From positions 1 to 39,026 of the forward strand of contig JBDQPD010000024.1 in NCBI GenBank assembly GCA_040260805.1: 39,026 nt of DNA, given 5' to 3'. Every line of letters starts with the position of its first letter. Position 1 is the first letter of the stretch. Below the pieces are notes generated by a model, which saw only the letters and a list, made by a program, of their open reading frames with translations, ran no database searches and had not been told where the DNA came from. Made by a program: the position numbers and the translations under genes. The DNA comes from Myxococcota bacterium. GTDB taxonomy: Bacteria; Myxococcota; UBA4151. Of this stretch, positions 18,490-27,198 are shown piece by piece.

Positions 18490-19977
18490 TTGAACCAAAG
18501 GCAAATGCTTCAATCCACGGGAATGAGCATCCGCTCCCATGGGCGGCGCAGTTTGGAGCTTAAAGTCGAGCATCAGCTCGGCTCTAAAAAAGAGTCTTGG
18601 TACCGCACGAGGGTGATCTTTTTCTTTCCTCGCAGTTTGGTCATGACCGAAGAACGAGTCAGCCGCATCCGCTGGTACGCAAACCTCCAAGCCTACCTAA
18701 GGCTGCATCCCCCTGCGACTAGTCTTTATGATCTCGCCAAAGCGCAACTCGATCATGACCCTGAAGAAGCCATCAAGCGAGGTGTCATCGAAGGTCGAAG
18801 AGCCAGCAAAAAGCTGCGCCGTATGCATCGACTCCATGCCCAGAAGATGCGTGATGCGATGAGGCTTCGGCGAGAGCAAGTCATCAGCGATATCCAATCA
18901 CTCGGCGATGACGCTGCGCTTGAATCCATCAACGAGTTTGCGCGCGAGCTCGTCTCAGCTCGTCAAAAGATCCAAACCCCTGCCAAAGAGCTGGGCTTAA
19001 ATCCGGACAGTAAGCTCGGTCGATTGATCCAGCGCTGCGATGAATGGACGAGCCTCGAGGCTTCGGCGCAGATTCTGCAAGTGATGTACGCAACTCAAAC
19101 CGCTGGGATGGTGATTCCCCAAGCCTGCCATCATCTCTTAGATGCTGAAGACGGCTGGCGCTCAAGCATGGGCTATCCAAGCCAATCTCTGGACAAGGCG
19201 TGGAAGGGCAGTGATCTCTTGATGCGCATGAGTCGGCTCAAAAAGATGGTCGGTAGTGCCCTTTATTTAGAGTTGAGCACAGAAGCTCCGAGCCACCGCG
19301 TTCGTGACATAGCGTTCGCCATCGCGGCGTCGGTTGCGATGCTCTGGGCGGTGGGCATGCAGCTCGTGACCTGGTGGTTTGTAGGTAACCCAACCAGCCC
19401 AGACGCTGCGCCGAGTACGATCGCAGCCTTCACGCTGACCGCAGTGCTCGCCTACGCGATGAAGGATAAGATCAAAGAGGGCTTGCGGGGGTGGTTCACG
19501 ACCCGGATTCCAAGCTGGCTTTTTGATCGCAAACAAGTCGGGCTTGATGATGACGATGAGGAGCTCGCGGCAGCTCAAGAATCGACGCGCTTTGTCCGGC
19601 TCAAAGAACTCAGCGCTGCGGACCAGCGCTGGTATCAGGACTCCAAGCCCCTCGAGTTACCCGTCGATACTCTGGTCTATGAGCGCCTGACGACCTTGAA
19701 AGGTGATCGTCTTCGAGAGGGTCAACCCGATATGGCGGGGCTAACCGAGATCGTTCGGTTCGCGCTGCGTCCCTGGCTGACCCACATGGACAACCTAAGG
19801 CAGCCGATGTGGAATCGAAACGATGAAGGAGCGATTGAGCAGAGCAAGAGCGTGCGCATGTACCCTATCGTCATGCTCGTGGAGCTCAACCGACCCCAGA
19901 AGAAGGTCAAAGCGAGTCATCGTATCTACATCTCGCAACGAGGGCTCGAGCGAATTGATCTGATCTCAGAGCACTAG
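18490..19977 (+). CDS. Hypothetical membrane protein (~495 aa, two central TM helices)
   Basis: Long ORF. GGAGG at 18481 precedes TTG 18490; ATG 18505 and 18523 are alternative starts. Hydrophobic segments IAFAIAASVAMLWAVGMQLVTWWFV and IAAFTLTAVLAYAM. No family recognised. Confidence 0.8.
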   Translation: MNQRQMLQSTGMSIRSHGRRSLELKVEHQLGSKKESWYRTRVIFFFPRSLVMTEERVSRIRWYANLQAYLRLHPPATSLYDLAKAQLDHDPEEAIKRGVIEGRRASKKLRRMHRLHAQKMRDAMRLRREQVISDIQSLGDDAALESINEFARELVSARQKIQTPAKELGLNPDSKLGRLIQRCDEWTSLEASAQILQVMYATQTAGMVIPQACHHLLDAEDGWRSSMGYPSQSLDKAWKGSDLLMRMSRLKKMVGSALYLELSTEAPSHRVRDIAFAIAASVAMLWAVGMQLVTWWFVGNPTSPDAAPSTIAAFTLTAVLAYAMKDKIKEGLRGWFTTRIPSWLFDRKQVGLDDDDEELAAAQESTRFVRLKELSAADQRWYQDSKPLELPVDTLVYERLTTLKGDRLREGQPDMAGLTEIVRFALRPWLTHMDNLRQPMWNRNDEGAIEQSKSVRMYPIVMLVELNRPQKKVKASHRIYISQRGLERIDLISEH

Positions 19978-20019
19978 GGTTAGCGCCTAGTTGGGCAACC
20001 CAGCGCAGTGTGTTGAGCG

Positions 20020-21069
20020 TCAGCGGACCGGGCGAACTTGACCTGATTCGATTAAGTCATCGAGCGCACTCGACGATTCATTCCACCAAGATGCCGCAGC
20101 CTCAACGCCCAACTTCCAAGCGACAAAGGCTGTCGCCAACTGACGAATCGACGCCTGAACGGACTCACCGCCCGAGCCGCCGCAGGTCGCTGTGCATAAG
20201 AAATTGGTCGGCGCCTCAAAGTCACAGTGAGTTGCTCCCGCAACGCTGAGCATCTGCGCATTACCTTGTCGATACACGTCCACGCCGCTGTTGTTCGAGT
20301 TGCACTGCGACGGGTCGCCGATCAAACCTGCCAGCATGCCATCAAGTTCGGTCGCATCAGCGCTCAGGTCACCCTCGTTTGGAGCCACAGGGTCCAAGCC
20401 CAAAACAGCGACGGTTGAATCGCTCCGTGAGCCAGCAACTAAAGCCGCCATACTGCCTGCGCTGTGACCTACAATCACAACCGGCTCATCGCCGATGTTT
20501 TGAATTAAGGTGTCAATGGCTTCGCCGCCAGCGACCGGGTCCACGCCGCTGATCGATGCGTGGCATAAATCGGAAACGACCGTCTCAATACCGTGCGACG
20601 CCAAATGCTCACCCCACCCCAGGAACTGTGCCCTGCCTCGAGAAAAACCATGAAGCACCAGCGCATAACCATCGGCGATTGGCGTCGTCGGCGTGAAGCG
20701 GACTGCGGTCATCGTGCAGCGCTGAGTCGCCTGAACTCGAAGCTCTTCACGCTGGACATCAATCTGCCCACGCTCGCGGTACTCTGGCGCGTCGTTCTCT
20801 GGGGCAACACCAGCATCAGCTGGAGAGGGAGCTCCGACGTCGGCGACAGGTTCCGAGCCAGAATCGGGCGCAGGGGCTCCAGCGTCTGGAGCCTGTGACC
20901 CAGTGTCCGAAGACGAGCCGGTATCGCTCGCGGGCGGTACGCCCGAGTCAAGAGGCTCGACCGCTGATGTTCCGGCGTCGACAGAGCCGGGCAAACGCTG
21001 CGTATCCGTGTCGGTCTGGGGTCCGCAGCCAGCGGCGACCAACACCCAAAGAACTAACCCAAAACGCAT
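20020..21069 (-). CDS. Lipoprotein alpha/beta hydrolase (chlorophyllase/cutinase-like)
   Basis: GGAGG before ATG 21069, lipobox VAAGC and a Pro/Asp/Ser/Ala linker. HGF, HLASHG, GHSAG nucleophile elbow, GLDPV and GATHCDF give a likely Ser-Asp-His triad. Confidence 0.85.
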   Translation of the reverse strand: MRFGLVLWVLVAAGCGPQTDTDTQRLPGSVDAGTSAVEPLDSGVPPASDTGSSSDTGSQAPDAGAPAPDSGSEPVADVGAPSPADAGVAPENDAPEYRERGQIDVQREELRVQATQRCTMTAVRFTPTTPIADGYALVLHGFSRGRAQFLGWGEHLASHGIETVVSDLCHASISGVDPVAGGEAIDTLIQNIGDEPVVIVGHSAGSMAALVAGSRSDSTVAVLGLDPVAPNEGDLSADATELDGMLAGLIGDPSQCNSNNSGVDVYRQGNAQMLSVAGATHCDFEAPTNFLCTATCGGSGGESVQASIRQLATAFVAWKLGVEAAASWWNESSSALDDLIESGQVRPVR

Positions 21070-21124
21070 AGCGCCTCCTGTCAATAATCTACCCATAAGA
21101 AGATTATAAACTTTTGACCATCGG

Positions 21125-21724
21125 TCAGGTAGCGGAGTCACCGAAAAAGAGCTTCTGACTCAGCGCAATGGACTGGCCTGAATCGCCCCATAAACTCGAG
21201 CCAAGCGGTCCGGTAGCTTGTCGAAGCAGGGCGTTGCTGCTGATCATCAGCAAGGCTGCGCGCAGATCAAGGCCGGGTCGCACGATGCCCGTCCCTTCCG
21301 TCGCTACCCACTGCTCAACCGTCGTGATTAAGGGATCTAAGAAGCCTAGAATCCGCGCTCGCATCGTGCCGCGGTCATCGATCAGGTCACGGACTACGAT
21401 CGCTGCGAACGTCGGTCGCTCTTCCAAAAAATCAACGTAGGCTTGGGTCATACCCATCAAGCGCTCAGCGAAGGGTGCGTGGGGTAGGAAGCTCGGCGCC
21501 AAGGCGGTGGCTAGATCGTCAAATAATGCCTCTTGAACCGCTCGGTATAAAACCTCTTTGCTTTTGAAATGGTACAAGAGCGAGGCTCTACGAATTCCGG
21601 CTTGAGCGCCGATATCGGCGAGCGAAGCCGAGGTGTAACCGTGCTGACCAAACTGCGCTTCGGCAGCCGTTAGGATCCGCTCCTTGGTCGGCGTCTTGAT
21701 CGCATCGTTACGGGGTCGAGCCAT
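21125..21724 (-). CDS. TetR/AcrR family transcriptional regulator
   Basis: N-terminal HTH ERILTAAEAQFGQHGYTSASLADIGAQAGIRRASLLYHFKSKE. GGAGG RBS. Confidence 0.95.
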   Translation of the reverse strand: MARPRNDAIKTPTKERILTAAEAQFGQHGYTSASLADIGAQAGIRRASLLYHFKSKEVLYRAVQEALFDDLATALAPSFLPHAPFAERLMGMTQAYVDFLEERPTFAAIVVRDLIDDRGTMRARILGFLDPLITTVEQWVATEGTGIVRPGLDLRAALLMISSNALLRQATGPLGSSLWGDSGQSIALSQKLFFGDSAT

Positions 21725-21747
21725 CGCACCCTCCTCGCTCTTATCTC

Positions 21748-21762
21748 CTGCCTAGTAGATAG
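21748..21762. promoter_or_regulatory. Candidate TetR operator (imperfect palindrome CTGCCTAGTAGATAG)
   Basis: CTnnCTAnTAGnnAG dyad 24-38 bp upstream of the tetR start. TetR proteins commonly autoregulate through such sites. Confidence 0.4.
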
Positions 21763-21764
21763 AA

Positions 21765-21800
21765 TAGCGATCGAGCGAAAGCGTTGAGTGGCGATCGCTA
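21765..21800 (-). terminator. Possible stem-loop/terminator after the barrel gene
   Basis: 9-bp inverted repeat TAGCGATCG...CGATCGCTA with an 18-nt spacer, followed on the minus strand only by a weak TTCTATCT tract. Confidence 0.25.
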
Positions 21801-23033
21801 GAAATAAAAGGCTGCCTGAACAAAGGCGGAGAAGGGTACGGAGCCATACTCACTTCGAAGCTCCAGCGCCGGATCACCAGAGACCGAAACGCTCAACTTC
21901 GGGCGCGCTCCAAGCCCTACTAAACATCCGACACTGGCTGATGCATTGTTGGCGACGTTCCAGTTTAAGCTGGGCATCAAAAGGACACTTGGATCCATCA
22001 AGTTGCTGAGCACGGCTCCACTCAAAGCGAGCAGTGGCGTCAACTCATAGCTCCCGATCAGCGCCGCATAGAAACGACCAAGCTGAGTCAACTCACCGCG
22101 CTGATAACGAAGACCGCTCGCCTGCTCGAGATAGTCCACTGGCTCCTGAGCACCCAGCGATTGGGCGTAGGCTTCTAGCGTCAAAAATGTCTTGGCTGTG
22201 GGTTTGTATTGAGCGCCGAGTACCACGCGACCAAAAGGGTCATCGCTCAAGGTGATGTTCAGGTCGCCGTAGACGCCGACTGCGCCGCCGTTATAAAAGA
22301 CGGAGGTGCCCAAGACGGGCTCGTCAAAGAGCAGCCCAGCAAAACCCTCAAACTCCCAGTTGTCGCCCACGCTCCCCTTGGCGTTGGCGACCAAGGTCGC
22401 ATCCTTGAGCTGCCAGTCATCATAATCCTCGCCGGGTCGGTTGAGGTAAGCGCCAAGCAGCGTAAACCGCCCCGACATGCCCTGAAAAATATCCGCACGA
22501 AAGGCGTCAACTCCGGGCTTGAAGCTGCTGTCGAGGGTCGTCGGCGAGAAGGGGGCGACCAAATCAAGGGGCGTGAATAGGCGCCCTTTACCAAAGGTCA
22601 CCGGCTGACGACCTATTGTCAGCCGAAGGCGTTTAACATCCCATCGAGCGGTGGCGCGATCGAGCCGCGCTGTGAGCTGCAATCCAGGGTCATCGATCAA
22701 GTCGTTGGTCAAGGGCAGCAGCTCGCCCCCGCTGCGAGACACGCCCGTGCTCAACCCGGTTGCCGTCGCGCCTTGCGATAAGGTGATCGTTGGGTGGAGC
22801 TCAAAGCGTAGCTTGCGCTTGGGGCGCCAGAGCAGCTTGAGCCGACTGTCAACGACTGAGGAGCCGCTCGCGCTCAGCGCTCCGCTCGGTAGACTTTCGC
22901 CTTCAGGCTCAACCGGAAAAGTGCTGATCGAGAACAATTTAAGGTGACCGGTCAGATCAAGCGCTGAGCGCGCCTCGGCCCTTTGAGGGACCAAGAGCAG
23001 GGCGAGCAGCCATGGGCAAGCTCGAAGCATCAC
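21798..23033 (-). CDS. Putative outer membrane beta-barrel protein
   Basis: Signal peptide, alternating beta-strand pattern, LDRA...LTIGRQPVTFG...F.PLD motif typical of barrels beside LolA-like genes, and C-terminal aromatic signature AAFYF. Start may be ATG 23030. Confidence 0.75.
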   Translation of the reverse strand: MMLRACPWLLALLLVPQRAEARSALDLTGHLKLFSISTFPVEPEGESLPSGALSASGSSVVDSRLKLLWRPKRKLRFELHPTITLSQGATATGLSTGVSRSGGELLPLTNDLIDDPGLQLTARLDRATARWDVKRLRLTIGRQPVTFGKGRLFTPLDLVAPFSPTTLDSSFKPGVDAFRADIFQGMSGRFTLLGAYLNRPGEDYDDWQLKDATLVANAKGSVGDNWEFEGFAGLLFDEPVLGTSVFYNGGAVGVYGDLNITLSDDPFGRVVLGAQYKPTAKTFLTLEAYAQSLGAQEPVDYLEQASGLRYQRGELTQLGRFYAALIGSYELTPLLALSGAVLSNLMDPSVLLMPSLNWNVANNASASVGCLVGLGARPKLSVSVSGDPALELRSEYGSVPFSAFVQAAFYF

Positions 23034-23717
23034 CTAGCGGCGCTCATCGCTTTCGATGTCGCCATCGCGCATCCGCACCACCCGGCGAGCGACCTTGATG
23101 ACCTCTGGGTCGTGGGTCGAGAACAAGAAGGTCACACCCTCTTCTTCATTCATTCGCCGCATCAAGCTGATCAAATCCTGCTTGGTCTCAGAGTCCAAGT
23201 TCGCGGTCGGTTCATCGGCGAGAACGATGCTTGGCTTGGTCGCTATGGCGCGAGCGACCGCCACCCGCTGCTGCTGACCGCCCGACAGCTCTGATGGGCG
23301 CCGGTCTTCCATCCCTGCCAAACCGACAGCGGCTAGAATCTCGATCGCCCGAGCGCGCCGCTCCTCGGCGCCGACGCCTTGCAGCAATAGCACGAACTCG
23401 GTGTTCTCGCGTGCGGTGAGCACCGGGATGAGATTGTACGACTGAAAGATAAAGCCGACGTGGTCACGGCGCAGGTCGCTCCGCTGCGCCTTGCTCATCG
23501 AGCTGACCTCTTCGCCGGAGACCGTCACGCTGCCTTCGGTCGGGGTATCGAGACCGCCAATCAGGTTCAAAAGCGTGGTCTTACCCGATCCCGAAGGACC
23601 CATAATAGCGGTGAACTCACCCTTCTGAAGGTTGAGATCTAGCCCCCTCAACGCTTTCACCAGGTGCTCGCCGTCTTGGTAATGCCTCGAGGCGTTTTTG
23701 ATCGATACAATCGTCAT
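23034..23717 (-). CDS. ABC transporter ATP-binding protein (LolD/MacB family)
   Basis: GPSGSGKT, GFIFQSYNLIP, LSGGQQQRVAVARA, LADEPTANLD and STHD motifs. Confidence 0.95.
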   Translation of the reverse strand: MTIVSIKNASRHYQDGEHLVKALRGLDLNLQKGEFTAIMGPSGSGKTTLLNLIGGLDTPTEGSVTVSGEEVSSMSKAQRSDLRRDHVGFIFQSYNLIPVLTARENTEFVLLLQGVGAEERRARAIEILAAVGLAGMEDRRPSELSGGQQQRVAVARAIATKPSIVLADEPTANLDSETKQDLISLMRRMNEEEGVTFLFSTHDPEVIKVARRVVRMRDGDIESDERR

Positions 23718-23732
23718 GGTTAACTCCTGAAA

Positions 23733-24956
23733 TCAGCCTGCACGCAGCGAATCGACAGCTTCGAGTCGCCCGGCTCTAAACGCCGGCCACAAGGCGGCAA
23801 GGACAGCAAAACAAAGGTGAGCGGCGGTCCAGACGACCGTGTGGGACCACGAATAGATGCCTTTGATGTGGGTATCGAGCGCCACCCCGCTGACTGGCGT
23901 GGCATCTTGCATCATCGAATAATCAAAACCGTACTCAACCAAGGGGAACGAAACCGCTAAGCCCAAGACTAAACCGAGCACCGCGCCAAAGACCCCGAGC
24001 AAGAGCCCTTCGGCCATCAACAACTTCGTCAAACCGCTCGGCCGCATCCCCAAGGCTTGCAACATGCCCATCTCGCGGGTGCGCTGAAACAGGCTCATCA
24101 GCAGGACATTAAGAATACCGATGGTCGACAAAATAGCCAGGAAGCCGAGCGTGACTGCGTTGCTGACTCGGTCGAGCTTACGTGTGTTGTAAAGGGTCGG
24201 CAGCGCCTCTTCCCAAGGCAAGACCTCAAAGCCCTCACCCGCAGCCGTTGCCACCGAACCCAGCAAGCTGGCAGGCGCCTCGAACTCGGGGACCTGAACA
24301 GCGACCTGAGTAGCTGGGTCGGTCACGTCCGGGATGAGATTTTGGACCGCCGAGAGCGTCGCCAAAACAAAGAACGCATCCATCGCCGCCGAACCCACCT
24401 CAAAGGTGCCAGCGACCCGGAAAGGAAAGCCTTGCAGCTCGCCTTTACGGCTGGAGGTCACGACCACCTTATCGCCAATGCTCACCTGAAGACGCTTGGC
24501 TAGAGTGACACCGATGATCACCTCACCGTCAGAGTCCGCCTTGAGCCACTCGCCCTCTTTGAGTTTGTCCGGGATCTGGCTGACCGCCTTTTCAGCTTCG
24601 GGCTCGACGCCATTGAGCGCTACAGCGACCGAGTTGTTCGGCGACGCGATCATTCCCCCCACAAAGATACGCCGTATCACGGCGGTCCCCGGATTAGCCG
24701 ATGCGATCGCACCCGCTAAAGCCGCGGAGTCGGGGATCAACAGCTCAGGGTCTTTGGATTTTTGAAAGCCTAAGGGCTGAACCACGACATGACCGGCGGC
24801 CGCACGAACCGTATCGCGCACCACGTTAACCCAAGCCCCTTCTTGGAAGTTGGTCGTGGCGATCAAAATCATCAGACTTCCACCGACGGCGCCAGCAGCT
24901 AAGAAGCTCTGCACAGGACGACGGATCAAATTTCGAAACGCTAATCGAAAGATCAT
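23733..24956 (-). CDS. FtsX/LolE-family ABC permease
   Basis: LAFRNLIRRP N-terminus, one TM, a large periplasmic domain, then three TMs. QRTREMGMLQALG and PAFRAGRL motifs. Confidence 0.92.
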   Translation of the reverse strand: MIFRLAFRNLIRRPVQSFLAAGAVGGSLMILIATTNFQEGAWVNVVRDTVRAAAGHVVVQPLGFQKSKDPELLIPDSAALAGAIASANPGTAVIRRIFVGGMIASPNNSVAVALNGVEPEAEKAVSQIPDKLKEGEWLKADSDGEVIIGVTLAKRLQVSIGDKVVVTSSRKGELQGFPFRVAGTFEVGSAAMDAFFVLATLSAVQNLIPDVTDPATQVAVQVPEFEAPASLLGSVATAAGEGFEVLPWEEALPTLYNTRKLDRVSNAVTLGFLAILSTIGILNVLLMSLFQRTREMGMLQALGMRPSGLTKLLMAEGLLLGVFGAVLGLVLGLAVSFPLVEYGFDYSMMQDATPVSGVALDTHIKGIYSWSHTVVWTAAHLCFAVLAALWPAFRAGRLEAVDSLRAG

Positions 24957-24959
24957 GAT

Positions 24960-26177
24960 CTACTCCTGCGCCAGAGCGACAACAGGGTCTAAGCGCGACG
25001 CGCGGAGCGCCGGCCAGATCCCGCCGAGCAACGCGGTGATCATCACCGCCACCAAAGGCAAGACGAGCGCGCCAGGATCGAGCGATCCGTAGACCACAGG
25101 GTCAAGAGTCACCCCGTTAAAGACAAAGCCTTTGCCATCCTCGACCTCGAGCGGAAACCCGATGTGCACCATGCCCATATGGGCGCACCACCCAAGCGCT
25201 AACCCAAAGAGACACGACACCAAGCCAAGCAGTCCAGACTCGAGCAAAATCATCTGAATAATTTGGGGAGGCTGCAACCCCAGTGAGATCAATAAACCAA
25301 ACTCACGGGTGCGCTCATAAACGGACATGAGCAAGGTGTTGATGATCATAAAGCCTGTCAGGAACATGATGATGCCGATCATAATCAAGCTCGACGCCGA
25401 GATCATCCCCTCCATCTGAACCAGATCCGGTGCGATCTCAGACCATGAGCGCACCGACAGGTCCTTCCATTGGCTCGCTAATTCGGCTTTGGTCTTCTCG
25501 ATACGGCTAAAATCCTGGGTCACGACGACCACCTCATGCACACCGCCATCGAGCACCAAGAGCTCTTGAGCGGTGGCTAAAGGCAGCACAGCCCCGCCAT
25601 CGACGGCCACGTTACCGGTCGAGTAAATACCCACCACCGGATAGACTTGATTGGCGATGCTGCCATCAAGCGCTGAACCCACGACCAAGAGCTTACCGCC
25701 CACTTTAATGTTGGTCTTGTCTGCGAGCTCGCGCCCGATCACCGCTTGACCAGGCGCTTTGAGCCAGGTCCCGTCTTCGATCCGTTGATCAAACTCGGTC
25801 ATCTTCGCTTCGGCGGCGATGTCCACCCCGATCAGTTTACCGGGCGCCGCTTTGTCATCGTCCCCCGCAAACATGGCGTAAGCCTGAACCCGCGGTGCGA
25901 CCGTCTTGACCTGTGTGTTTTGACCGAGCGCCTCGATGATGGACTGCGCCTTGGGCACCACATCGTAAGGGTTCTGCGTCTCGGGATAGTCTTGGTGATT
26001 GATCTGAATATGACCGATGTTGCGATCGGCCGTTGCGCCGCGCATCACCTTCATGAAGCCGCCCATATAAGACGCCATCCAGATACAAAACGCGACGCCT
26101 AGACCCATGGTCAATGCGGTCAAAACGGTCCGGCGCTTGTTGCGCCAAAGATTTCGCCAAGCGATCTGCGTTAACAT
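24960..26177 (-). CDS. FtsX/LolE-family ABC permease
   Basis: IAWRNLWRNKRRT, NTLLMSVYERTREFG and PALRASRLDPV motifs. Confidence 0.93.
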   Translation of the reverse strand: MLTQIAWRNLWRNKRRTVLTALTMGLGVAFCIWMASYMGGFMKVMRGATADRNIGHIQINHQDYPETQNPYDVVPKAQSIIEALGQNTQVKTVAPRVQAYAMFAGDDDKAAPGKLIGVDIAAEAKMTEFDQRIEDGTWLKAPGQAVIGRELADKTNIKVGGKLLVVGSALDGSIANQVYPVVGIYSTGNVAVDGGAVLPLATAQELLVLDGGVHEVVVVTQDFSRIEKTKAELASQWKDLSVRSWSEIAPDLVQMEGMISASSLIMIGIIMFLTGFMIINTLLMSVYERTREFGLLISLGLQPPQIIQMILLESGLLGLVSCLFGLALGWCAHMGMVHIGFPLEVEDGKGFVFNGVTLDPVVYGSLDPGALVLPLVAVMITALLGGIWPALRASRLDPVVALAQE

Positions 26178-26917
26178 CAGTCTCTCAAGGATTGCAGGCT
26201 AAACAGGCTGTCTTCAAGCGCCATGCCGAGCTTGAGACTCTCGATCAGAATCTCGGTATACTCGCCCGGCTTATCGTGCGGTACAAAGCGCATCCGGTGC
26301 GGTACCTTCTTACCGCCAACCTCTTTGAGGTCGGAGTAGGTCATGGTGCGCACCTTGACCTTCTTTTCGGAATAATAAACCTGCTCCACGGGGACGCCAC
26401 CATCGGTCACCGTGACGTCGACATACCCCCACACGACAGGCGTCTTCGGTTTAGGCGTGCACCGAATCGTCTTTTGACCGGCCGTGGCAGCGCCAGGCGC
26501 TAAGCTGTAGGTGTAATCATCCGACAGGCGAGTTCCTTGAACCAAGTCGTCGTTGGTGATGTGGCTGCCCATATACGATCCGCTCATCATCGCGCTCGGC
26601 ACGCGCATCGTTCGGTCGGTATTGGGCAGGTAGTTCCAGAGCTTGTCTTTGACCTTGAGTGTCGCCATGCCGCGATCCTTAGCCGGCTCTAAGAAGCGCG
26701 TCAGGCTGTACTCAGTCCCCTTGGACCAGCCCTCCATCTTCATGCTGCGCTCGTAGCGTTTGGTTTTCACGCTCATCCGCATAACGCTGTGGCTCGACTC
26801 GCCGCGATTGCTCTCGTCGACTTTGACCAAAAGAGCCTTGAGTTGGGCCTCACTCGGCCCTTCGGCTTGAACCGGTGGAGCAGCCACAAAGAAGACATTG
26901 AGCGCCAGGCAGAGCAT
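26177..26917 (-). CDS. Outer membrane lipoprotein-sorting (LolA-like) periplasmic protein
   Basis: Signal peptide; F..PAKDRG..TLK...LWNYLP...RVPSAMMSGSYMGSHITNDDL and FSLQSL motifs of the LolA-like family. AAGGAG RBS. Confidence 0.88.
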   Translation of the reverse strand: MLCLALNVFFVAAPPVQAEGPSEAQLKALLVKVDESNRGESSHSVMRMSVKTKRYERSMKMEGWSKGTEYSLTRFLEPAKDRGMATLKVKDKLWNYLPNTDRTMRVPSAMMSGSYMGSHITNDDLVQGTRLSDDYTYSLAPGAATAGQKTIRCTPKPKTPVVWGYVDVTVTDGGVPVEQVYYSEKKVKVRTMTYSDLKEVGGKKVPHRMRFVPHDKPGEYTEILIESLKLGMALEDSLFSLQSLRD

Positions 26918-27198
26918 CGGTTACAACTCCTTTAATTCACATCCAAACCATCGAATGCGTCAGTCTTTTCGCCTAACCGCATGCGTCCATCAAGTGGCTT
27001 TAATCAACTCGATCACAGCCGATCGGTTTTGGATACCCTATCAGACGAGCAGAAGCGGCCTTTGAGCTTGAGTGAAACAGCGCTTGCGCCCGGGCGCTTC
27101 CCGCGCGACGGGCGCATCCTGAAATCCGAGGCTCGTGCCTGGATAAAGCACCCACCGACCCAGCGCATGGGTTGAGGCAACGGAAAGTGAGTCAGGCT

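Noticed and set aside
26981..27175. 64-aa ORF upstream of iadA as a leader peptide
   Set aside because: No RBS, no Arg/Asp codon run and no recognisable features; probably incidental.
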